DNA of 50,953 bases from a virus (taxonomy: Duplodnaviria; Caudoviricetes): positions 1 through 50,953 of the IMG/VR virus record IMGVR_UViG_3300032305_001455. One strand, given 5' to 3'. Below the pieces are notes generated by a model, which had not been told where the DNA came from, did not search any database, and was given only the letters and a program-made list of their open reading frames with translations. A program made the position numbers and the translations under genes. Within the stretch, counting starts at the first letter, position 1. The number at the start of each line of letters is the position of its first letter. Of this stretch, positions 43,723 through 50,953 are shown piece by piece.

Positions 43723-44734
43723 CCTTGCCACGTACCTAGCCGCTGCCCTGCTGGCAACGGCTTTGACGCTCGCCTTCTGGCCGAGGGGGGCGGAGAGTTT
43801 CGGCTACAGCCCTGATCCGGCGGGGGCCAAGGCGTTCGCATCCACGCTGCCCACACCCACGTTCAGCGAGGCGGCCCCGGACTGCATGGACAAGGCGCAG
43901 AAGCAGGACACGTTCCTGTGGCGCGCGATGGACGCCGCCCACCGCGCGCGATACGGCACGCCGTTCAAGCCCAGCCACCAGCGGATTGGTTCATGCGTTG
44001 CGCATGGTGCAGCCCATGCAGTATTCTGCTCCGAAGCGGTGGCGTGGTCGCAGGGTGAGCGCGACGAGCCGCCGATGCTTGTGCATCAAGGCGCGATCTA
44101 TGGCGGGTCGCGCGTAGAAAGCAGGGGCAGGCCCGGCGACGGCAAGGCTCCGGTCGGCGGCTGGTCGGATGGATCGACGGGCTACCACGGGGCCAAGTGG
44201 TTGCGCGATTGGGGCGTGATCTACAAGCAGCCCTACCCCAGTGTCGATTGCTCGACCTCCGATGGCGAGATCGAGAAATCTTGGGGGGCGTTTGGGAACG
44301 GCGGCCCGAATGATCTGGGCAGGCTCGACGCCGAAGCGAAGAAGGTGCCCTGCCAGTACGTGACGCAAGTGCGCACGTGGGATGAACTGGTTGCCGCCAT
44401 CACCAGCGGCCACCCGGTCACCATCGCAAGCAATCAGGGCTTCGCCAAGCGCCTCGATGCGCAGTCATTCGACTCGCCATCGGGCGTGTGGATGCACCAG
44501 ATGATGATCTGTGGCGTGCGCTTCGACCGTGAGGGCGCTGCCGTGATGAACTCATGGGGTGACTATCTGACCTACACGGCGCCGCGCTGGCCGAGTGACT
44601 TGCCAGACGGGGTGTTCTGGGCAGACCGCAAGGTGATCGAGCGCATCCTGTCGCAAGGCGACTGCTGGGCGATCAGCGAGGTCAGGTTCAAGTTCAGGGA
44701 CATCAACCACAACGAATGGCTAGGTGCCGAATGA
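43706..44734 (+). CDS. Signal-anchored papain-like (C1) cysteine peptidase
   Basis: HQRIGSCVAHG (oxyanion Gln and catalytic Cys), WMHQM (His), MNSWG (Asn). N-terminal hydrophobic segment YLAAALLATALTLAFW. Confidence 0.85.
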   Translation: MRLRSDLATYLAAALLATALTLAFWPRGAESFGYSPDPAGAKAFASTLPTPTFSEAAPDCMDKAQKQDTFLWRAMDAAHRARYGTPFKPSHQRIGSCVAHGAAHAVFCSEAVAWSQGERDEPPMLVHQGAIYGGSRVESRGRPGDGKAPVGGWSDGSTGYHGAKWLRDWGVIYKQPYPSVDCSTSDGEIEKSWGAFGNGGPNDLGRLDAEAKKVPCQYVTQVRTWDELVAAITSGHPVTIASNQGFAKRLDAQSFDSPSGVWMHQMMICGVRFDREGAAVMNSWGDYLTYTAPRWPSDLPDGVFWADRKVIERILSQGDCWAISEVRFKFRDINHNEWLGAE

Positions 44735-44946
44735 ATCGCAAGAGTCTGATCGTCGTGATCCTGCTCGCCTTTGCCATCGGCATGATGGCGCAGGGGGAGA
44801 CAAGCGGGAGGCAGGAGCGCCCGTTCCTGAAGATGCTGGCGTTGGCTGCGCGCGTGGGGCTAGGCTTGATGGTGTTTGAGCCGCCGCCGCAGGATGTGAA
44901 AGTGCATCACGAACCCGACTACGTGGATCACCAGCGGAGCCTGTGA
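44731..44946 (+). CDS. Small membrane protein (holin-like candidate)
   Basis: Two hydrophobic segments; ATGA-coupled to the peptidase. Confidence 0.5.
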   Translation: MNRKSLIVVILLAFAIGMMAQGETSGRQERPFLKMLALAARVGLGLMVFEPPPQDVKVHHEPDYVDHQRSL

Positions 44947-44947
44947 C

Positions 44948-45145
44948 ATGCGATGGCTGACGGCATTCCTGACTTGGCTATCGGCGGAACCGGGGGCGGT
45001 GGAGACGCACGTGCCACGCGCTGCGGCGTCATCGCAGGCGGCGTATGCCACGCTGGTGCGGGAGGCGGAGAAAGAGGGGGGCGTTGGTGTGGTGCCCACC
45101 GGGACATGCCCGGACGGGAAGTGCCCTACCCCAGTACGCAAGTGA
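44948..45145 (+). CDS. Small protein ending in CPDGKC
   Basis: 65-aa ORF fills the gap; amphipathic N-terminus. Confidence 0.55.
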   Translation: MRWLTAFLTWLSAEPGAVETHVPRAAASSQAAYATLVREAEKEGGVGVVPTGTCPDGKCPTPVRK

Positions 45146-45148
45146 GCG

Positions 45149-45664
45149 ATGCCCCGCCGACTGACCGCAGCGCAGCAGGCGCTGGCGGAAGACTCGCTGC
45201 GATTCGTGCAGCCCACGATAGCGGTGTTCGTGCGCCGCAACCCTGACCTCCGCCCGTCCATCCGGCGGGTGGACATGGAACAGGTTGCGCAGGTGGCGGT
45301 GTGCATGGCCGCCTTCACGTTCGACCCCAAGAAGTCGAAGCCCACCACGTACTTCAGCAGCGCGATCCGCCACGCGCTGTACCGGGCGGTGTTGACCCAG
45401 CAGAAACTCGATGGGCGCTACGTGCCGACCGAGTCGATCACCGATCCGCCGACGAACCGGAGCCGCACGCGAGCAGAGATGCGTGCGATGCGGGCGTTGA
45501 GAAGTCTGTCGGCGTATGACCGCAGGCTGCTAGAGGACAGGCTGATCGAGCAAGTGACGCTTGAGCAACTGTCGAGCGAGCAGCGCTGCGATCCACGCAC
45601 GATAGGGAAGCGGGTGCAGCGGGCAATCGAGCGGCTACGTGGAGCCGAGAGCGATCTCCCCTGA
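45149..45664 (+). CDS. Sigma-70 family (region 2 + region 4) sigma factor
   Basis: Region 2-like AAFTFDPKKSKPTTYFSSAIRHAL and region 4-like LSAYDRRLL...TLEQLS...RTIGKRVQRAIERLR. Confidence 0.8.
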   Translation: MPRRLTAAQQALAEDSLRFVQPTIAVFVRRNPDLRPSIRRVDMEQVAQVAVCMAAFTFDPKKSKPTTYFSSAIRHALYRAVLTQQKLDGRYVPTESITDPPTNRSRTRAEMRAMRALRSLSAYDRRLLEDRLIEQVTLEQLSSEQRCDPRTIGKRVQRAIERLRGAESDLP

Positions 45665-46420
45665 CGCCCAGAGGCGGGAGAACTCTTCCTGCGAGGTGAT
45701 CAGGGGATACCCCGCCTCCCTCGCCCGCAGTGCCCATCGCACGTAGGCCGGGTGGGCGAACTTCCTGCCCGGCTTGGTGGCGAACTGGGACTGCGTGGCG
45801 CACCAGCAGGCGATCTCATCGGCGGATAGCCCCTCGTCCTCCAGCGTCTGCATGAAGTCCACGTACTTCCGCTCGGAAGGGTCAACGCGGTACGCCTTAG
45901 ACAGCCGATCCCCCACCGTGCGCCACCCGATGGGGGCACACCGCGAGAACGGCAGGCCAGCCTCCCGCTTGGCGGCGTTGTCCCGCTTCATCTTGCGTGA
46001 CAGCATGCGCCGGTACATGTGTGCGTACAGCACCATGTTCGACTCCAGCATGTCATACAACTCCTCGTCGCCCTCAAGGCCAGACAGATCGGGGAGGTCA
46101 AGCACCGCGCGCCTGATCCCTTTGCGATCCAACTGGTCGAGCGTGACGAACCCGTCCACCTTCGCCCGGAACAGGCGATCCATCGCAGCGACCACAAGGT
46201 AGTCGCCCTTCTGGAGCGAGAAGAACACGGTGCGTCCCTGCTCCCGCTCGCTGAACAACGTGCCGCCGGAGGTGGCGGAATCGTAGAAGAACCCAGCCCA
46301 CTCCACGCCCTTGCTCTTGAGGTGGGCATCGTAGTACTCACGACATGCCCGCTCCTGCACTTCGCGGGTCATCCCCTGCTTGCTGGTACTGGCCCGTCCG
46401 TAAGCGTAGCACTTAGCCAT
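45635..46420 (-). CDS. Serine recombinase (resolvase/invertase catalytic domain with short recombinase-like tail)
   Basis: YGRASTSKQ (catalytic Ser), DSATSG, MDRLFR and APIGW. GGAGGAG RBS. Confidence 0.9.
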   Translation of the reverse strand: MAKCYAYGRASTSKQGMTREVQERACREYYDAHLKSKGVEWAGFFYDSATSGGTLFSEREQGRTVFFSLQKGDYLVVAAMDRLFRAKVDGFVTLDQLDRKGIRRAVLDLPDLSGLEGDEELYDMLESNMVLYAHMYRRMLSRKMKRDNAAKREAGLPFSRCAPIGWRTVGDRLSKAYRVDPSERKYVDFMQTLEDEGLSADEIACWCATQSQFATKPGRKFAHPAYVRWALRAREAGYPLITSQEEFSRLWASGEIALGST

Positions 46421-46634
46421 CGAACTCCTCCGTTATCTTGCTGGCCCAAACTGCAATCTCGCGGATGCGACCGCGAAGCACCCAACGCAGATGATCAATG
46501 TCATCCGCCCACGCATCATCGAAGATCACGCTTGCGTACTGGCGCAAGCGAGGCGACCGTGCGACACGGTCACGGGCCTGCCATTCCAACTCGTCCTCAC
46601 GCAGGCGGTGAGGTGGCACAAGGCTATCGTTCAT
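46413..46634 (-). CDS. Hypothetical protein
   Basis: ATGA-coupled to the upstream gene; GGGAG RBS. Confidence 0.55.
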   Translation of the reverse strand: MNDSLVPPHRLREDELEWQARDRVARSPRLRQYASVIFDDAWADDIDHLRWVLRGRIREIAVWASKITEEFDG

Positions 46635-47158
46635 GTTGTGGCTCCCTTCTTCTGGTAATAACGCTGTTTCTTCCGATACTTGGCTACTGCTGTCTTGGCC
46701 CGGCGCAACTTGGCCTCCCAATCAGCAAGCCTCTCGTTCACCTTGTCCGCGCGAGACTGCACGAGCGTGCGCTTTGGGCGAGGCTTGCGTTCCGCCTTGG
46801 CTGGCGGCATCTGCGACAGCAGTTCGTAGGAGTTGCCGTTCTTGTGCAAATCCCGCAGCACCTCGGACTCTAGGAACCGCCTGCCCTCCCCTCCGGTGTA
46901 CAGATAGGCAAGCGTTTCCGCGATCACAATACTCACCGGCCTGCTTATGTCCGACATGCTGCCGGGCGGCTTGGCCTTGCCGCTGACTTCAGTAAACAGG
47001 TTGTCGATGCCGCGCGCAAGAGCATCGTTCAACGTGCGCAATCCCGTGACTTGCCGAACGCTTTGTCTTTCGCCGTGCGTTATCAACTTCCGCATCGCCT
47101 TCACGATGCTGTGCTTTAGCAGCAACATCTTATTCAACTGAATGGGTGTCATTTGCAT
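46631..47158 (-). CDS. Hypothetical basic protein
   Basis: AGGA RBS; C-terminal WEAKLRRAKTAVAKYRKKQRYY coiled segment. Confidence 0.6.
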   Translation of the reverse strand: MQMTPIQLNKMLLLKHSIVKAMRKLITHGERQSVRQVTGLRTLNDALARGIDNLFTEVSGKAKPPGSMSDISRPVSIVIAETLAYLYTGGEGRRFLESEVLRDLHKNGNSYELLSQMPPAKAERKPRPKRTLVQSRADKVNERLADWEAKLRRAKTAVAKYRKKQRYYQKKGATT

Positions 47159-47231
47159 GGTTGGTTCCTATTGATTGCGAGTGAAGAGAAGGGAAAGAAA
47201 GAACAGGCCAGCCACCGCATACGTGAAGTAT

Positions 47232-48482
47232 TCAACCGGCATAGGTAGGCACCTCCTTCGTGCAATCGATCACCTTGGCCCACGCGGGCGGCTGCGAATA
47301 ACCAGACTTCTTGACCAGTGCAATGATCAGCCGCGCCCGTGTTGGGCGTGAAGGCCATTGCGTTTCACCGTCCGTTACCAACACGATGGCATCGGGCCGA
47401 TGCTCCCGATCCTCCTGCTCAAGGGCGGCAGTCATGTCTGTCCCGCCATACCCCTTGAACGCAAACTCCGACAGGTGCGAGATGCGCTTCGCGGATTGCA
47501 GCCGCGAGTCGAACGCGATCACCCGTGGCCGCTGCACCTTGCGCAAACCCTGTGCTATGGCGGTCAATGCACGGGACTCCAGCCCCTGCATTGACCCGGA
47601 GGTGTCGATGATGATCGAACACTCCGGCGCCAGACGCACGTAGCCGCGCCGCCGGGCTGCGTCAGAGTCCTGCCTGCGACTGAGTCGCCGGTAGGTGTAC
47701 TCCTCCTGCCCGATAGGCGAGGCGACCGACCGGCCAACCACTGACCGCAGTTGGTCGAACGGGTCTGGCTGCGGATGCAACCGTGCCTCGACCGACTTCA
47801 GCAGTTCGCCCGGCACCGAACCGGGGCGAGTGCGATTCGCCTGCGTCATCTTCTTCTCGGCCTCACGCAAACAATGGTCTGCCATTGCGTGTTCTGCTGC
47901 CGACATGGGCTTCTCGTAATCCCGCTTCTGGCCGTCGCTATTGCTGCCAGAGTTAGCAGGATCAAGAGGATTGCCCTTCTGTTGCACGGGTTGTGCCGGT
48001 GCGTACTGCAACAGCAGTCCGTAGTACGCCTCGACTGTCATGCCGCGAACCAATCCGGGTATGTCGAGGAACCGGGTGGTTGTGCCCGGCACCACGCCAT
48101 CGATCCGAACAATGCCTGCGGGTTCATGCAGACCGTAGTAGTTCGCCAGCATCTGCTGGATCACCAGATCGGCTGCGATGTTCCACACCCATCGCTCCCG
48201 CTCTGTTGCCTGCGGCGCTATCGCCTTGAATCGGCGGCAGTGCGACAGCACCACGTGCATTACCTCATGCAGCAGGCAATACGCCAACTCCATAGGGGTG
48301 ATGCTCTCCATGAACTCGCGATTGCAATACAGGCGATTGGCCTGATCGACCGCCATCGTGGGCACCTCCTCCGTTTCCACGGTGCGCATCATGGCAAAGA
48401 TATGCGTCAGGTAGGGCACCCAAGAACGCAACTTCAGTTTGGCCTTGGTGAGTAGGCGCTGGACTGTCGATAGCGTCTTCAT
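47232..48482 (-). CDS. VWA-domain protein with N-terminal HExxH metallopeptidase-like domain (DUF2201 type)
   Basis: PTMAVD, LLHEVMHVVL, WNIAADLVI, MIDAS DTSGS, GGTDM and VTDG. Confidence 0.9.
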   Translation of the reverse strand: MKTLSTVQRLLTKAKLKLRSWVPYLTHIFAMMRTVETEEVPTMAVDQANRLYCNREFMESITPMELAYCLLHEVMHVVLSHCRRFKAIAPQATERERWVWNIAADLVIQQMLANYYGLHEPAGIVRIDGVVPGTTTRFLDIPGLVRGMTVEAYYGLLLQYAPAQPVQQKGNPLDPANSGSNSDGQKRDYEKPMSAAEHAMADHCLREAEKKMTQANRTRPGSVPGELLKSVEARLHPQPDPFDQLRSVVGRSVASPIGQEEYTYRRLSRRQDSDAARRRGYVRLAPECSIIIDTSGSMQGLESRALTAIAQGLRKVQRPRVIAFDSRLQSAKRISHLSEFAFKGYGGTDMTAALEQEDREHRPDAIVLVTDGETQWPSRPTRARLIIALVKKSGYSQPPAWAKVIDCTKEVPTYAG

Positions 48483-49570
48483 GCGGCACCTCCGATCTGG
48501 GCAACCAACTTGCCGTAGCGAGACAGCAACTTCTTCGGCACGCGATACGACGAGTACTTGTTGGTGAGATCAGCAAGCACCGGGCCAACGCAGTCGAGCA
48601 ACCCGTTCTCGCCCATCTCGACCAGCACATCGAACGCATTGTCGAGACGCTTGGCCGAATGATCTGCGTCCAGAGTCTCCATGATCCCCACGGGCAGGAA
48701 CACCAACTGATCCACGCGATCACCCCCGTAGTCCAGCGTGACCTTCTTGTCCACCACTTCGGCGGGATCGTACAAGTCCTTGGCAGCAATGCTTTGCATC
48801 AACTGCCCGGCACCCGCACTACCCACCATCCCGGTCGCGATCTGGTTGATCACATCGCCGCCAGCCTTGACCTTGTCCGCACCGGCAAGGCACAGCGCAA
48901 GTTTGTGCCACTGCCGCAGAGATGGGAATGCCTTCTCGACATCGGGAATCTGCTTGCACGTGCGCAACGCAGGCTGACGCTGCAACAGGTAGGCCACACG
49001 CCGTGTCCACTTGGGGACGTAGGCAGAGGTATCGCCCACAATGGGGAAGTTAGCGGGCAAGGCAAACTGACCGCCGTTCATCATGCCCTCCATCCACGTG
49101 TCGAATGGCACCTCCCAATCGTGGTGATACAGGCGGTTCAACATCGATGCCTCCAGCGGGCTGGAGTTGGGCGCCAACTCTGGGGGATTGGCGCACGCCA
49201 CACGCAGCGTCGAAGGGTGCAGGCGCAGGTCGCCAACCCGTCCCTCGTTAAGCAGCGATAGCAGCGCTGGCCGCATGGACTGCGGGGCGGTAGTGAGTTC
49301 ATCAAAGATGATGCCCCACCCCGCCTGCGTCATGCGCACCAGCCACTCAAGGTGAACCATCCGTGCGATGCCAGACTTCTTGTCGATGTCGGGCATGCCG
49401 CCAATGTCTTCAGGCATGTGCTGCGATGGGATGAAGACAAAGGGCTTCAACCCTAGCGCACGCATCAACGCCTCAAGGTAGGCGGTCTTGCACTCACCTG
49501 TTCCGCCCCACGCAATAGCGGACATGCCGCATTGCATCACGATATACAGAGCCGCATTCAAACAGTCCAT
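48479..49570 (-). CDS. MoxR-type AAA+ ATPase
   Basis: Variant Walker A WGGTGECKT, PEDIGGMP, Walker B IIFDEL, sensor ACANP and Arg finger LNRL. Confidence 0.85.
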   Translation of the reverse strand: MDCLNAALYIVMQCGMSAIAWGGTGECKTAYLEALMRALGLKPFVFIPSQHMPEDIGGMPDIDKKSGIARMVHLEWLVRMTQAGWGIIFDELTTAPQSMRPALLSLLNEGRVGDLRLHPSTLRVACANPPELAPNSSPLEASMLNRLYHHDWEVPFDTWMEGMMNGGQFALPANFPIVGDTSAYVPKWTRRVAYLLQRQPALRTCKQIPDVEKAFPSLRQWHKLALCLAGADKVKAGGDVINQIATGMVGSAGAGQLMQSIAAKDLYDPAEVVDKKVTLDYGGDRVDQLVFLPVGIMETLDADHSAKRLDNAFDVLVEMGENGLLDCVGPVLADLTNKYSSYRVPKKLLSRYGKLVAQIGGAA

Positions 49571-49635
49571 GACTGCATCCTTTCAAGTGAAGCCACCTAG
49601 CCACGGTGGCAGAAATCAAAACCGTCGATCCGCAA

Positions 49636-50529
49636 TCACGCCAACGCCTGAAGCGCGGCCTCCCCGATCTTCTCGCGAGCCAGCCGTGCGGCCTTGGCTA
49701 CGTGCGCAAACGCCTTGCCAAGCAATCCCTTGTTGCGCTGCAACGTCTCCTCGGCAGCGATCCATTCCTCCAGCCGGGTCTGCTGCCCATTGCTGCGTGG
49801 CTTGGCGCCGCGCTGATGGAGGTCATCCATGTCATTGATCTGCCCATTGAACACAGCAAGGCTGCGCTTGATCAGTTCATCCGACACGTGCTGGATCAAT
49901 GACTTGTTCACGACCGGGCGGAACCGCACGATCAACATCTTCACGCCGTGCGGCGCAAGCGCATCCGCCACGGACTCGTAATCCTTCAGCGATTCTTCGG
50001 GCATGTACCACACTACGCCCTCGTCGCGCAGCAGGAAGCCGCACGAATCCTTGACAAGGCCGGTAATCGCCTGAGTCAGGTCATTGGCTGATAGATAATC
50101 ACAGGCTTGCCGCCAGTACTGATCGGCTTGCGCCTCCACCTTTGCCTTGTGTGCCGCAATCTGCGGACACGCAGTGGCGTCAACGTCCAGTAGTTCCACC
50201 CGGTAGGAACCATCGCTCTGTTTCAGCGCGCCCACCGAGAACAAGAACGGCAGATCGTTGCGGGTAGTACCGCGCACGAACCGCCGTGCCTCGACAGCAA
50301 CGGAACCGCTATGCCCAGACAGGCCATACGGTTTGACCGGGCCGCCGTCGTACACATTGTGCGTGGCCGCGACCTCCTCGACCGCCTTCTTCAAAGCAGC
50401 AAAATGATCGGGCTTGGGCACCAAGTTCTCCTTGCCAATCGCAGCAAACGCACCCTCGGCAATCGAGCGCAAGATGCGGGCGCTACTCCAGAAAACAATC
50501 GCCTTGTCGCCGTCAATCGTGTGTGCCAT
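49636..50529 (-). CDS. Hypothetical protein of the kind that accompanies MoxR/VWA pairs (DUF3150/DUF6744-like)
   Basis: GGAGGT RBS, IVFWS, LRDEGVVWYMP, helical C-terminus and gene context. Confidence 0.55.
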   Translation of the reverse strand: MAHTIDGDKAIVFWSSARILRSIAEGAFAAIGKENLVPKPDHFAALKKAVEEVAATHNVYDGGPVKPYGLSGHSGSVAVEARRFVRGTTRNDLPFLFSVGALKQSDGSYRVELLDVDATACPQIAAHKAKVEAQADQYWRQACDYLSANDLTQAITGLVKDSCGFLLRDEGVVWYMPEESLKDYESVADALAPHGVKMLIVRFRPVVNKSLIQHVSDELIKRSLAVFNGQINDMDDLHQRGAKPRSNGQQTRLEEWIAAEETLQRNKGLLGKAFAHVAKAARLAREKIGEAALQALA

Positions 50530-50632
50530 CGGGCACCTCCTTCCTGTGTGTATGCGGGTCACCTACCAAGGTGCCCACCCTGTCAAGAGCGGCGCTGGCA
50601 GTCCGCTACCAGCCCCATCTACCCCCTGTGGG

Positions 50633-50683
50633 AAAACAAAAAAACCCCGGTCACCAGCGGCAAAACCACTGGCGACCGGGGTT
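50633..50683 (-). terminator. Rho-independent terminator (minus strand)
   Basis: 18-bp stem 50643-50660/50666-50683 with two G-U pairs on the minus strand, followed by a U tract (TTTTTGTTTT). Confidence 0.8.
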
Positions 50684-50698
50684 CGGACTGCACGCGAA

Positions 50699-50953
50699 TC
50701 AGCCTTTCCTCCCTTCTGCTTTGGCGATGGCATCTATGGCTAGTCGAAGGCTGTTCGATATCAGTTCGTCAACGTGGGTGGCGTCCATCTCACGCCAGCC
50801 GCAGCCCGGTCTGCCGCACCCGTCATCGTCTAGTTCCATGAGGCTGGAGCGGATAGAGTCCAGAGCCGCCAACAAATCAGGCCCAGCCGCCATCAGCCGG
50901 GCATTGGCTGCCGCCGGTTCATCGTCGCCGTAGACGGTTGCTGTGTGACCGTA
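50699..50953 (-). CDS. Phage protein with ANARLxAAxPDLL motif, 5'-truncated
   Basis: Frame is open to the window edge: ...ANARLMAAGPDLLAAL... Confidence 0.65.
   Translation of the reverse strand, partial: YGHTATVYGDDEPAAANARLMAAGPDLLAALDSIRSSLMELDDDGCGRPGCGWREMDATHVDELISNSLRLAIDAIAKAEGRKG

Overview
The whole window is a GC-rich tailed-phage genome segment with podovirus-like architecture and no host genes; both ends are open ORFs. Positions 1-35033 (+) hold scaffold, major capsid, decoration, terminase, portal, an EndoVII nuclease, adaptor, a 1928-aa nozzle/tail protein, putative ejection proteins, a tail-fibre cassette and a run of small coupled genes. A tyrosine integrase (-) points away from a (+) operon with RecE-like exonuclease, ERF annealase, SF2 helicase, GNAT, HNH, resolvase-like nuclease, a membrane/papain-protease cluster and a sigma factor. 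The right arm (-) encodes a serine recombinase and a MoxR AAA+/VWA module. Top finding: the 3' part of a tRNA(CAT), a likely attP with an IHF-consensus site beside it, lies in frame inside the first 22 codons of the RecE-like gene. Integration would cut that gene and its operon from their start signals, which suggests an integration-controlled switch with no recognisable repressor. Other leads: five coupled small proteins sharing an N-terminal M[ST][DE]xIR(x)L tag, a structured intergenic region of about 290 nt after the helicase, and a possible protease-based lysis module. Family assignments come from motif recognition, not database searches. A Planctomycetota host is a weak inference.
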